The position numbers and the translations under genes were made by a program. Positions 8,140 to 18,479 of a DNA stretch of 64,000 nt are shown piece after piece. The notes under the pieces are model-generated. The model ran no database searches and was not told the origin of the DNA. It worked only from the letters and a program-made list of their open reading frames with translations. The first letter of the stretch is position 1. Each line of letters starts with the position of its first letter. Location: contig CAZZNH010000011.1 of the NCBI GenBank assembly GCA_964655635.1, positions 39,645-103,644 on the forward strand, given 5' to 3'. The DNA is from an uncultured Ohtaekwangia sp. (GTDB lineage Bacteria; Bacteroidota; Bacteroidia; Cytophagales; Cyclobacteriaceae).

Positions 8140-9633
8140 ATGGGCCTGGTCTTTCGCCAAAGCGTTATCACAACCATCATTTCCTACCTCGGTGTGGCAA
8201 TAGGCTATGTCAATTTGCTTTACCTGTATCCCAAATTTCTGGAACCAGGTCAGATCGGTTTGCTCCGCACCATACAGGATGCGGCTATTCTTTTCACCCC
8301 CTTTGCCCAGTTCGGCCTGGCACAAAGTATACTTCGTTATTACCCGAAACTTGTTACCACCAAAGAATCTTCTGGGAGTTTTATTCGGCTCATGCTGATC
8401 CTAGCGTTGGCTGGATTCACCATCTTCTTTCTCATCTTCAAAATATTTGAAAGTTCGATCCTCTCCTACTTTGAAGCGAATGCAACGGAGATCATCGGTT
8501 ATTCCTCACTTGTCCTGTGGCTAACTTTGATCCTGCTTGTGATGGCCATTCTCGAAGCCTACTCTCGTTCCCTATTGAAGACAGTGGTCCCCAATTTATT
8601 GCGGGAAATTGTCGCAAGGTTATTGTTGTCCGTTCTGGTGCTCTTATATTTTATGGGTTACCTCGATTTTAATCAATTCGTTGTCAGCACCGCCCTCGGA
8701 TACCTTTTGTGCCTGGTCATTCTCTTTACTTATTTATGGTCGCAAGGGGAACTTCAACTCAGTCAGGGGCTGGATCAAATTGACAAAGCGGAGATTCCCG
8801 GTCTGATTAAATACAGTCTGCTAAGTTTTGCCGGCATGGCCGGTCTCATTATTATCGGAAAGGTTGACAGCATTATGGTGTCAGGTTTGCTGGGGCTTGC
8901 GGCCAATGCGGTCTATACCACAGCATTTTATATGGCCACTGTGATCGAAATTCCCAAAAGGGCTTTGATGCAAATTTCTATGCCCCTTATCTCGCGTGCC
9001 TTTGAAAAAAATGATTTAGACGATATTCGAAAGATATATCAAAAGACTTCCATCAACCAACTCATAGTAGGTGGGCTGATATTGATTGGAATTTGGGCCA
9101 ACCTCCACAACATCTTTGCCTTAATGCCTAAAGGAGAAATTTATGAAGCAGGTAAATACGTGGTTTTGATCATTGGCCTGGGCAAATTGCTTGACATGAT
9201 GTTTGGGCCCAGTAGTGAAATCATAGTTTTGTCAAAGTACTATAGTTTCAATATCATCTTAATTATTCTATTGGCGACTTCCATTGTAATAGCCAATAAC
9301 TTATTAATTCCCCGCTATGGCATTGATGGCGCTGCCATTGGATCTGCCGTTGCCCTCGTGTCATTCAATCTATTGAAATACATTTTCATATATGTTAAAC
9401 TTAACATGCAGCCTCTTGGCTGGGGGACTTTAAAAGTATTTGTCATTGGATTGGTTGCCGTTGGATGCAATTTGCTGATCCCGAAAATCGACATGGTCCT
9501 ACTGGATATTATTATCAGATCCGTTGTGATCACCATAGTCTATGCGACTCTGATAATTATGTCAAAGGCATCGCCAGATGGCAACGAGGTGTTCCGAAAG
9601 GTGTTAATTTTTGTGGGTGCTAAGTATGATTGA
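8140..9633 (+). CDS. Polysaccharide biosynthesis protein / Wzx-type flippase (MOP superfamily)
   Basis: About 497 aa and highly hydrophobic with many TM helices. I chose ATG at 8140, just after the FkbM stop at 8132-8134, rather than the track start 8077, which overlaps FkbM by 58 nt. Confidence 0.8.
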   Translation: MGLVFRQSVITTIISYLGVAIGYVNLLYLYPKFLEPGQIGLLRTIQDAAILFTPFAQFGLAQSILRYYPKLVTTKESSGSFIRLMLILALAGFTIFFLIFKIFESSILSYFEANATEIIGYSSLVLWLTLILLVMAILEAYSRSLLKTVVPNLLREIVARLLLSVLVLLYFMGYLDFNQFVVSTALGYLLCLVILFTYLWSQGELQLSQGLDQIDKAEIPGLIKYSLLSFAGMAGLIIIGKVDSIMVSGLLGLAANAVYTTAFYMATVIEIPKRALMQISMPLISRAFEKNDLDDIRKIYQKTSINQLIVGGLILIGIWANLHNIFALMPKGEIYEAGKYVVLIIGLGKLLDMMFGPSSEIIVLSKYYSFNIILIILLATSIVIANNLLIPRYGIDGAAIGSAVALVSFNLLKYIFIYVKLNMQPLGWGTLKVFVIGLVAVGCNLLIPKIDMVLLDIIIRSVVITIVYATLIIMSKASPDGNEVFRKVLIFVGAKYD

Positions 9634-11092
9634 CAGAGGTGATGGACTCATCTCGCGATTCCAGTTTCGAGCTGCCCATTAGCCATTGATCAACGCAGCG
9701 TGCCGTCTCACGCCCTTCCGCAATGGCCCACACCACCAATGATTGCCCCCTCCGGATATCCCCTGCAGCAAAGACTCCCTCGTGATCAGTCATAAATTGC
9801 TCTGTTCTGATATTTCCCCGCTCATCTAGTTTCAGATCAAGCTCATCGATCAACCCATTTTTTTCAGCCCCTACAAATCCAATGGCCAACAGCGCGAGTT
9901 CACAGGGAACAATTCGTTCGGTTCCTTTAATTTCTTCAAACCCGGGTTTGTTTTGTTGGGAGGACGACCACTTGATGTCGACCAATTTCAAACCGGTCAG
10001 GTTACCTGAATGGTCACCAATGAATTCTTTAATTAGAATTGCCCATTGCCGTTGTACGCCTTCTTCATGCGATGAAGATGTTGTAAGTATCATTGGCCAC
10101 AAAGGCCAGGGATTTATTTCGTTGTTTCTTGATATCGGTGGCTTGGCCAATAATTCAATCTGCACGACAGATGTGGCAGCCTGGCGGTTGGATGTCCCCA
10201 CACAATCCGATCCTGTGTCACCACCACCAATGACCACCACATTCTTTCCGGTTGCCATTATGTTTTCTCCCACGATATCATCACCAGCAACCCGTTTATT
10301 CTGCTGGGTGAGGAAATCCATAGCAAAATGCACTCCTCTTAGCTCTCTTCCTGGTATGGGCAGATCGCGTGGCATGGATGCACCACCACAAACAACCAGC
10401 GCATCAAATTCGTCTTTGATTTGTTTGGCACTTACATTAACACCTATGTGGGCGTTGGTACGAAAAATAATTCCCTCACTTTCTAAAATCTGAAGCCTAC
10501 GGTCAAGAATTTTCTTTTCCAGTTTAAAATCCGGAATGCCATACCGAAGTAACCCACCAATTCCATCGCTCCTTTCAAAAACTGTTACCCAATGACCCGC
10601 TTTATTGAGCTGTACCGCTGCTGCCAGCCCTGCCGGACCTGAACCGATTATAGCTATGCGTTTACCCGTTCTTTTCTTGGGTGGCAGGGCTTTAATGAAG
10701 CCTCTTTCAAATGCCGTTTCTGCTATTGCCTTTTCAATGTATTCAATAGTAACAGGCTTGTTGTTTATACTTAACACACAACTTGCCTCACACGGTGCTG
10801 GGCAGATGCGACCAGTAAACTCGGGAAAGTTGTTTGTGCTGTCCAACAACCTGAAGGCCTCTTCCCAATTTTCCTGGTAGACAGCATCGTTGAAGTCGGG
10901 AATCATGTTACCAAGCGGGCAGCCATGGTGGCAAAATGGAACACCACAATCCATGCACCTCGCAGACTGTTGCTGAACCTTGCCCTTGTCAAGTGCTGGA
11001 TAAATCTCCCGGTAATCCTTAAGGCGCTCTTCAACGCTTCTGGGTTGAGGCAACTCCTTGTCAATTTTCATAAATCCGTCAGACAAACCCAT
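9620..11092 (-). CDS. gltD: Glutamate synthase small subunit (NADPH)
   Basis: 490 aa. It has the Fe-S Cys cluster CMDCGVPFCHHGCPLGN, the dinucleotide fold IIGSGPAGLAAA and VVVIGGGDTGSD. It lies directly downstream of gltB. Confidence 0.95.
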   Translation of the reverse strand: MGLSDGFMKIDKELPQPRSVEERLKDYREIYPALDKGKVQQQSARCMDCGVPFCHHGCPLGNMIPDFNDAVYQENWEEAFRLLDSTNNFPEFTGRICPAPCEASCVLSINNKPVTIEYIEKAIAETAFERGFIKALPPKKRTGKRIAIIGSGPAGLAAAVQLNKAGHWVTVFERSDGIGGLLRYGIPDFKLEKKILDRRLQILESEGIIFRTNAHIGVNVSAKQIKDEFDALVVCGGASMPRDLPIPGRELRGVHFAMDFLTQQNKRVAGDDIVGENIMATGKNVVVIGGGDTGSDCVGTSNRQAATSVVQIELLAKPPISRNNEINPWPLWPMILTTSSSHEEGVQRQWAILIKEFIGDHSGNLTGLKLVDIKWSSSQQNKPGFEEIKGTERIVPCELALLAIGFVGAEKNGLIDELDLKLDERGNIRTEQFMTDHEGVFAAGDIRRGQSLVVWAIAEGRETARCVDQWLMGSSKLESRDESITSVNHT

Positions 11093-11097
11093 CGTTG

Positions 11098-14000
11098 CTA
11101 TATTTTATTCATTTTGAATGCTGCCGAAATATTGCTTGTTTCAGCTTCTGTCGTTTCGGCAACCCTTAATCTCTTTTCAATGACTGCTTTGTAATCACGT
11201 GGCATAACCTTGATGAACAAATCAGCGGCAACATCCCAATTACTTAGAATCCAATCTGCCGGATCACTCTTAGTGTATTCAAAATGTTTTTGGATCAACT
11301 TTCTTAATTCACTTTTGTCATTTTCATCCAGGGGGTCAAGGTCCACCATCTCCGGATTGCACATATCCTTGAAGGAATTTTCGTGGTCAAAAACAAATGC
11401 AATACCACCACTCATTCCTGCTGCGAAATTTTTTCCAGTCTTACCAAGTATCACCACCCTGCCGCCTGTCATATATTCGCATCCATGATCTCCCACGCCT
11501 TCTACCACAGCAACAACTCCAGAATTTCGAACGCAAAATCTTTCACCTGCCTGCCCGCGTATGTAAGCTTCGCCTGAGGTGGCCCCGTAGAACGCAACAT
11601 TACCCGTTATGATGTTATTTTCTGGCTTAAATGTGGATTGCTTGTCGGGATACAAAATGAGTTTACCTCCAGAAAGTCCTTTGCCCAAATAATCGTTGGC
11701 CTCACCTTCCAGTTCAAAAGTTATGCCCCGGGCTGCAAATGCCCCAAAACTTTGACCTGCAGAACCCACAAAATGAAAATGAATCGTGTCTTCAGATAAT
11801 CCCTTTGCTTTATAAATTTTGGAAACCTCGTTTGACAAAAGCGCGCCCGTTGATCTGTTGGTATTTTGAATTGATAGCTTACCCTGAACCGACTCGCCAA
11901 ACTTCAGTGCAGGCTCGGCAAGAGTCACCAATTTCCGATCCAACACATTTTCCAATTCAAAATCCTGCTCAATTTGTTTGTAGAGACCAACACGCGTATC
12001 GACCGTTTCCCGGTATAAAAGAGGCGAAAGGTCAAGCTTTTTCACTTTCCAATTTTCCACGTCATGGCGAGCACTAAGCACATCGGACCGCCCCACCATT
12101 TCATTGATGGTATGAAAACCCAACATTGCCATCACTTCCCTCAGCTCCATTGCCAGGAAGTGAAAAAAATTGACAACGTGATCTGGATCTCCCGTAAATA
12201 ATTTTCTCAACTCTTCATTTTGAGTAGCAATTCCAACAGGACAAGTATTGAGATGACACTTGCGCATCATAATGCAACCCTCAACAACCAATGCCGCTGT
12301 CGCCACGCCCCATTCTTCCGCACCTAAAAGTGTGGCAATTGCGAGATCCCTCCCTGTACGAATTTGCCCATCGGTTTGCAGCGTCACCCGGCTACGCAGG
12401 TTGTTTTTCACCAGGGTTTGGTGTGCCTCTGCCAATCCAAGCTCCCATGGCAGGCCAGTATGCCTCAAAGAACTCAATGGCGAAGCTCCCGTGCCGCCAT
12501 CGGCACCTGATATCAAAATGACGTCTGACTTGGCCTTGGCCACTCCGGCCGCAACTGTTCCTACTCCTGCTTGTGAAACCAATTTGACATTGACGCGTGC
12601 ACTTCGGTTGGCATTTTTTAGGTCATAGATAAGTTGTGCCAGGTCCTCAATAGAATAAATATCATGATGTGGCGGAGGGGAAATTAATCCAACACCTGGA
12701 GTTGAGTGCCGAACGCGACCGATCCAATCATCAACTTTGTTGCCGGGAAGTTGACCGCCTTCGCCAGGCTTGGCACCTTGCGCCATTTTTATCTGCAATT
12801 CGTCCGCATTGGCGAGATAATAACTGGTCACTCCAAATCGTCCGGAGGCAACTTGCTTGATGGCGGAACGCTCCCAGTCTCCGTTCGCTTTTTTCTCATA
12901 ACGAATTTCATCCTCACCCCCTTCGCCACTGTTGCTTTTTCCTCCAATGCGATTCATCGCAATAGCCAGCGTTGTGTGGGCTTCAAAAGAAATAGAACCG
13001 AAAGACATTGCCCCTGTTGCAAAACGCCTTACAATATTTGCCACGGGTTCAACTTCTTCAATTGGAATTGAATTGCGCTTCTTAAAAGTCAACAAACCGC
13101 GAAGGGTCAGCTGATCGCTCTGCTGGTTGTTGATTTTATCCGCATATTTTTTATACAACCCATAATTATTGGTCTTTGTCGAGTGCTGCAAAAGATGGAT
13201 AACCTCGGGTCCAAATAGATGTTTCTCACCTCTCCTTTTCCATTGGTATATTCCACCGACTGGCAACCCATTTGATGGTTGCACATAAGCCAAACGATGA
13301 CGGACAAGAACCTCTCTGGCAATGTCGTCAAAACCCAGGCCTTCAATCCGGCTAATGGTACCCTTAAAACACGTATCAATTACTTCAGTACCAATTCCAA
13401 GGGCCTCAAACACCTGCGCAGACTGATAAGATTGCAGTGTACTAATTCCCATCTTCGACATCACCTTAAGCAATCCACTACCAATTGCCTTCTGATAATT
13501 CAGTGAAGCTTCACGGTATGACAACTCCACTTTAAAGTCTGTTTCGACCAAAGACCGAATCGACTCTAATGCGAGGTAAGGGTTAATGGCACTGGCTCCA
13601 TAACCAATAACCGTTGCAAAGTGATGTACTTCCCACACATCTCCGGCCTCAACTATCAAACCAATATGAGTACGCAGCCGTTTTTCAATCAGATGATGAT
13701 GAACCGTACCAATTGCCAGCAAGGTCGGTAAAGGCGCATGACGATCATCGGCACCTTTATCGGAAAGAATAAGAATCTTATTCCCCTGCCGCGCTGCGGC
13801 CTCGGCTTCCTGGCAAATACGCAAAAGACTTTCTTTTACTCTGCCTGGCCTTCCATCCGCATCGAAGACACAGTCAATTACTTTATGGGAATATCCGTGT
13901 TTGCCCATGGCTTTTACCTTGGCAAGGTCGGTATTCAACAGGAGTGGATGTGAAATGTGGATTTGTCGTGTGTGCTCTGGCGTTTCATCCAAAACATTAA

Positions 14001-15648
14001 GATTCGATCCCACACGTGTAAATAAAGACATTACCAACCTCTCCCTAATCGGATCGATGGGTGGATTACTTACCTGGGCAAACAATTGTTTAAAATAATG
14101 TGAGAGATGTCTGCTTTCTTTTGAAAGGACGGCAAGTGGCGTGTCATCTCCCATTGATCCGAGTGGTTCGTATCCATCCACCGTCATGGGTAGCAGTATG
14201 GCTTTCAGGTCTTCTGCCGTATAGCCATAAGCCAGTTGACGACAGGAAAGAGTATCCCTATTGAAACTCTCTTTGTAATTTTTGGCATCGATTTCGTGGC
14301 GGAGCTTTATTCTGTTTTCAATAATCCACTGAAAATAAGGTTTCCCCTCGTACACTGAACGCTTCACTTTCTCATCATCCATTACAGTGAATTTCTCCAG
14401 ATCAACCAACAACATTTTTCCCGGAGTAATTCTGCCTTTCTCCAACACATCTTTGGCATTCATTTTCAGGGCACCCGCTTCCGATGCCGCAACCACACGG
14501 CCAGCCCGGGTAATACAATACCGCAATGGTCGCAGCCCATTACGATCAAGTGTTGCACCAATTTGCTTGCCGTTGGTAAAGACCAGGGCCGCTGGTCCAT
14601 CCCACGGTTCCATCATCGAAGCGTGGTATTTGTAAAACGCTTTACGGTGTGGATCCATCAGGCGATTGTCCTGCCACGCTTCCGGCACCAACATCATCAG
14701 CGCATGAGCCAACGATCGTCCCGACAACACCAACATTTCTACCAAAGAGTCCAGGTTGGCAGAGTCGGACGATTCCGGATTGGTTATTGGCAAAAGCAAC
14801 TTCATTTCGTCCTCCGTGAACAGGCTTGACTTAAACAGTGCCTCTTTGGATTTCATTTTATTTACGTTACCACGAATGGTGTTGATTTCACCATTGTGGG
14901 CGAGATAGCGGAAGGGCTGTGCCAGTTTCCAATTGGGAAAAGTATTGGTGGAAAACCTTGAGTGGATGATCGCAAGGGCGGTTGTCAACCGAGCATCGGA
15001 AAGGTCAACAAAGTACTTTCGCAATTGATCAGTGCGGAGCTGCCCCTTGTAAACGATGGTTCTGCATGACAAACTGACCACATAAAAATCAGCTTTGGCC
15101 GAATGCAAATGCCGATCAACATAATGAGCCGTAGCATTTTTTAGAACAAAAAGTTTTCGTTCCAGTTCATCTGTACTTAGATCGTCTTTATCAGCGCTTA
15201 TAAAAAACTGCTCAATAAGCGGTTGGATTTCAGCCGCGGCCGGACCGGGAACATTCGCGTTGATCGGTACCAATCGGACGCATAATATTTTAAGCCCAAG
15301 CGTTTTACAATTTGCCTTGATCACATCCCTGCATAGTTGTGCCGCTTTTTTATCGCCTGGCAAAAAAATCATTCCAACACCGTAGCTGCCTGAAGGAGGC
15401 AGATCAATATTTAATCGCCTGCATTCAGCGGAAAAAAAATCATGAGGAATCTGCAACATGACGCCCGCCCCATCTCCTGTCTCAGGGCTGCACCCCTTGC
15501 CGCCACGGTGCTCCATATTTTCCAGCATCGTTAGCGAATCAGCCAGGATTTGATTGGTCTTGACGCCATTAATGTTTGCGATAAATCCGATCCCGCAGGC
15601 GTCATGCTCCAACTGCGGCAGATACAATCCTTTATTCTGTCTTTTCAA
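11098..15648 (-). CDS. gltB: Glutamate synthase large subunit
   Basis: 1516 aa. It has the Ntn amidotransferase N-terminus LEHDACGIGFIAN, central and FMN domains, and the GXGXG C-terminal domain. The annotated start is a TTG codon. Confidence 0.97.
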   Translation of the reverse strand: MKRQNKGLYLPQLEHDACGIGFIANINGVKTNQILADSLTMLENMEHRGGKGCSPETGDGAGVMLQIPHDFFSAECRRLNIDLPPSGSYGVGMIFLPGDKKAAQLCRDVIKANCKTLGLKILCVRLVPINANVPGPAAAEIQPLIEQFFISADKDDLSTDELERKLFVLKNATAHYVDRHLHSAKADFYVVSLSCRTIVYKGQLRTDQLRKYFVDLSDARLTTALAIIHSRFSTNTFPNWKLAQPFRYLAHNGEINTIRGNVNKMKSKEALFKSSLFTEDEMKLLLPITNPESSDSANLDSLVEMLVLSGRSLAHALMMLVPEAWQDNRLMDPHRKAFYKYHASMMEPWDGPAALVFTNGKQIGATLDRNGLRPLRYCITRAGRVVAASEAGALKMNAKDVLEKGRITPGKMLLVDLEKFTVMDDEKVKRSVYEGKPYFQWIIENRIKLRHEIDAKNYKESFNRDTLSCRQLAYGYTAEDLKAILLPMTVDGYEPLGSMGDDTPLAVLSKESRHLSHYFKQLFAQVSNPPIDPIRERLVMSLFTRVGSNLNVLDETPEHTRQIHISHPLLLNTDLAKVKAMGKHGYSHKVIDCVFDADGRPGRVKESLLRICQEAEAAARQGNKILILSDKGADDRHAPLPTLLAIGTVHHHLIEKRLRTHIGLIVEAGDVWEVHHFATVIGYGASAINPYLALESIRSLVETDFKVELSYREASLNYQKAIGSGLLKVMSKMGISTLQSYQSAQVFEALGIGTEVIDTCFKGTISRIEGLGFDDIAREVLVRHRLAYVQPSNGLPVGGIYQWKRRGEKHLFGPEVIHLLQHSTKTNNYGLYKKYADKINNQQSDQLTLRGLLTFKKRNSIPIEEVEPVANIVRRFATGAMSFGSISFEAHTTLAIAMNRIGGKSNSGEGGEDEIRYEKKANGDWERSAIKQVASGRFGVTSYYLANADELQIKMAQGAKPGEGGQLPGNKVDDWIGRVRHSTPGVGLISPPPHHDIYSIEDLAQLIYDLKNANRSARVNVKLVSQAGVGTVAAGVAKAKSDVILISGADGGTGASPLSSLRHTGLPWELGLAEAHQTLVKNNLRSRVTLQTDGQIRTGRDLAIATLLGAEEWGVATAALVVEGCIMMRKCHLNTCPVGIATQNEELRKLFTGDPDHVVNFFHFLAMELREVMAMLGFHTINEMVGRSDVLSARHDVENWKVKKLDLSPLLYRETVDTRVGLYKQIEQDFELENVLDRKLVTLAEPALKFGESVQGKLSIQNTNRSTGALLSNEVSKIYKAKGLSEDTIHFHFVGSAGQSFGAFAARGITFELEGEANDYLGKGLSGGKLILYPDKQSTFKPENNIITGNVAFYGATSGEAYIRGQAGERFCVRNSGVVAVVEGVGDHGCEYMTGGRVVILGKTGKNFAAGMSGGIAFVFDHENSFKDMCNPEMVDLDPLDENDKSELRKLIQKHFEYTKSDPADWILSNWDVAADLFIKVMPRDYKAVIEKRLRVAETTEAETSNISAAFKMNKI

Positions 15649-15685
15649 TCGATTGCAGTGTTTTTTAGATAATTAAATCATAAAA

Positions 15686-15823
15686 TCAGAATATAATTCT
15701 GAATAATCTGCAATCATCGCAATTTTTTGTCGTAAAAAACAATCGGATAATGATTTAACCCATATTTTTACAAAATGTTATCAAACATTAGAATATGCGC
15801 ATAAAAATGAGCCAGTATTCTAA
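15686..15823. promoter_or_regulatory. Candidate operator sites in the gltB / amt divergent control region
   Basis: There is a perfect 7+3+7 palindrome TCAGAATATAATTCTGA at 15686-15702. An 8-bp inverted repeat, TTAGAATA (15788-15795) and TATTCTAA (15816-15823), is separated by 20 nt. A 10-bp palindrome TATGCGCATA lies at 15794-15803. The first two share the core AGAATAT. Confidence 0.35.
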
Positions 15824-15854
15824 AAAAATATAAGAAATTGAGTTAAACAGGATC

Positions 15855-17159
15855 ATGAAACGACCAAAAACCAGGTATATCGTAATTTTTGCCATTCTTA
15901 TTGTGTTACAACTTTTTTCCCTTTTGTATTCGGAAAAAACGTTCGATCAGGGCAGTTCGAGCGAAATCAACCAGGCAGATACCGCCTGGATGATTGTGGC
16001 CACCGCCTTTGTTCTTTTCATGACACCTGGTCTTTCCTTTTTTTACGGTGGCATGGTGAGTTTCAAAAATGTTATTTCAACCATGCTCCAGAGTTTTATC
16101 GCACTGGGCGTCATCAGCCTGCTTTGGTACCTTGTAGGTTTTAGCCTTGCCTTTGGGGAAAGTTTTTATGGGCTGATCGGAAATCCAATGACCTACTTTT
16201 GTTTTAATGGGGTTGGACTTGCCCCGCAGGCTGATTTAGCTCCAACGATTCCCTTTCTAATCTTTGCGCTGTTTCAATTGAAGTTCGCCATTATCACACC
16301 AGCGCTGATAACAGGAAGCCTGGCAGAGCGGGTAAAGTTTACGTCATACCTGATTTTTATGTGTCTGTTCGCCATTCTTATCTACTCTCCACTTGCCCAT
16401 TGGACGTGGCACCCACAAGGATTCCTGCGGCAATGGGGAGTCCTTGATTTTGCCGGGGGTACAGTGGTACACATGTCGGCAGGATTTGCTGCTTTAGCAG
16501 GAGCTTACGTGTTGGGGAAAAGGACAACCAACAATCACAGGCCTGCTAATATCCCTTTCATTATACTGGGAACTGGTATGCTTTGGTTTGGTTGGTTTGG
16601 TTTCAACGCGGGCTCGGCATTGGGTGCAAACGGACTAGCGGTGCAAGCATTTGCGACAACCAACATGGCATCCGCATCCGCCATGATTACCTGGGTAATG
16701 TTTGATGCACTGGTCGGAAGGAAAATTTCAGCCATGGGTGCGTGCATCGGTGCAGTAGTTGGGTTGGTTGCCATCACGCCTGCTGCCGGATTTGTCACCC
16801 TGGGTCAAAGCGTGTTCATTGGATTCGCTGCATCAATTGCCAGTAATCTTGCGGTTTATTACAAGCAACAAACAAGTTTGGACGACACACTTGATGTGTT
16901 CCCTTGCCATGGCGTGGGAGGTATCGTAGGGATGCTACTCACTGGCGTTTTCGCAAAGGATGTTGGCCTGTTTTTTGGCGAAACAACTACGTTTTTATTT
17001 CATGTACTCGCAATGGTGATCGTTGGTGCGTTCACTTTTACAGGATCATTTTTAATCTTCAAGCTCACTTCCTTTATTACTCAACTCCGTGTGACCAAGG
17101 AAGAGGAAAGTTTGGGATTGGATATCAGCCAGCATTCAGAAACGATGGAGGTGGCATAA
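15855..17159 (+). CDS. amt: Ammonium transporter
   Basis: 434 aa and polytopic. The Amt signature DFAGGTVVHMSAGFAALAGA and the motif WFGWFGFNAGSA are present. No glnK gene is adjacent. Confidence 0.95.
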   Translation: MKRPKTRYIVIFAILIVLQLFSLLYSEKTFDQGSSSEINQADTAWMIVATAFVLFMTPGLSFFYGGMVSFKNVISTMLQSFIALGVISLLWYLVGFSLAFGESFYGLIGNPMTYFCFNGVGLAPQADLAPTIPFLIFALFQLKFAIITPALITGSLAERVKFTSYLIFMCLFAILIYSPLAHWTWHPQGFLRQWGVLDFAGGTVVHMSAGFAALAGAYVLGKRTTNNHRPANIPFIILGTGMLWFGWFGFNAGSALGANGLAVQAFATTNMASASAMITWVMFDALVGRKISAMGACIGAVVGLVAITPAAGFVTLGQSVFIGFAASIASNLAVYYKQQTSLDDTLDVFPCHGVGGIVGMLLTGVFAKDVGLFFGETTTFLFHVLAMVIVGAFTFTGSFLIFKLTSFITQLRVTKEEESLGLDISQHSETMEVA

Positions 17160-17174
17160 ATACAAAATGGTCGA

Positions 17175-18479
17175 TCAGTTTTCAGCTTCCAACAATTGAA
17201 CTAGCTGCCTAGTCAACTCCTCCCTGGAATACTTGCTTGCATTTCTGTCTGTAGTCAGAACGCCAAGTTTCCAGTTTTGATAAAAAGTAAGCATCGAATT
17301 TTTGATTCCTTCATGATCTGTATGCTCATGGATGACACCAGATTTCGTTTCAGCCAGCACTGCGGCTGCATCTCCCTCCACTGGTCCGATGGCCAGAATT
17401 GGATTTCCTGATGCCAGGTATTCAAAAAATTTTCCCGGCAAATTCCCGGGGGCAATCGCAGAGTGTGCCAGCACCAACAACTGCAAGTCCGTTTTGCCGT
17501 AAATATTCAGCAATTCGTCATGAGGCACTTGCCCAACGAACGTTGTCATTTTCGACAGCACTTTATCACCAGTCACAAACGACTTGAAGGCGCTGTTAAC
17601 GTTACCAATAAACTCAACCCTGACATTGTCGGTTAACTCGCTTTGTGCTTCACAAATTGCCTTTAAGGCCACCATCACAGGGCGTGGGTCTCTCAACTCA
17701 TCTACGATTCCAATGTGCCTAATCAAAAACTTCTCATTTCGCACGTGGCGAATCGATGCAAAATCTTCAGCATCAAATCCATTAGTTATTAATTCTACTT
17801 TTCTCTTACCGAGTGCCTGAAAACGATTGACATGATATGGCGCGATGGTAATCACCTTGTCAGCTTTCGATAGCACAGCATGCTCAAGGCTTCGATGCCT
17901 TGCCTTCACCCATGGTGTCATCGCCAGTGTTTCCAACAAATCCCATTCACTCCAGGGATCGCGAAAGTCAGCGATCCACTGAAGCCCCGGGATTTTGCTT
18001 TTTAGTTTTAAACCAATGAGATGGATACTGTGTGGCGGACCGGTGGTGATAACTTTATCGATTTGGTTGCTCCGAACAAAATCCGTAAGGAATGCAACGC
18101 TTGGTTTAACCCAAAAAATCCTGGCGTCAGGAATAAAAAAATTACCGCGAATCCAGGAACTTACACTTTGAAAAAAACTTTTTTTGCCCGTTGATATTAA
18201 ATCACTGTGGCCCGTCTCCTTTTTACCAAAAATTCGCTGAACCCTAAAAAACAATTGGTACGGTTCCCAAATGGGAAGTTTAATTACCTCGACAGCATCA
18301 GGAACATCTTTTAACAGGGACTTGTCCTGAATGGTGAAAGAGGGATTCTCCGGAGTAAAAACACATGGCTCCCATCCCATTCGGCTAAGGTACTTTGCGA
18401 ATTTCAGCCAACGCTGAACACCACTACCCCCACTCGGAGGCCAATAATAAGTGATGATCAGAATTTTTTTATTCCCCAT
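17175..18479 (-). CDS. Glycosyltransferase (GT-B, family 4-like)
   Basis: 434 aa. The N-terminus ILIITYYWPPSGGSGVQRWLKFAKYL and the C-terminal region GKFFEYLASGNPILAIGP are GT-B-like. Confidence 0.65.
   Translation of the reverse strand: MGNKKILIITYYWPPSGGSGVQRWLKFAKYLSRMGWEPCVFTPENPSFTIQDKSLLKDVPDAVEVIKLPIWEPYQLFFRVQRIFGKKETGHSDLISTGKKSFFQSVSSWIRGNFFIPDARIFWVKPSVAFLTDFVRSNQIDKVITTGPPHSIHLIGLKLKSKIPGLQWIADFRDPWSEWDLLETLAMTPWVKARHRSLEHAVLSKADKVITIAPYHVNRFQALGKRKVELITNGFDAEDFASIRHVRNEKFLIRHIGIVDELRDPRPVMVALKAICEAQSELTDNVRVEFIGNVNSAFKSFVTGDKVLSKMTTFVGQVPHDELLNIYGKTDLQLLVLAHSAIAPGNLPGKFFEYLASGNPILAIGPVEGDAAAVLAETKSGVIHEHTDHEGIKNSMLTFYQNWKLGVLTTDRNASKYSREELTRQLVQLLEAEN

Noticed and set aside
9882-13071. 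Many 60-200-aa ORFs antisense to or out of frame with gltD and gltB (e.g. 9882-10493, 12260-12628, 12706-13071)
   Set aside because: They lie entirely inside two long, motif-rich, unquestionable genes. Their translations are Ser/Pro/Arg-rich with no motifs, which is typical antisense noise in the more GC-rich genes.
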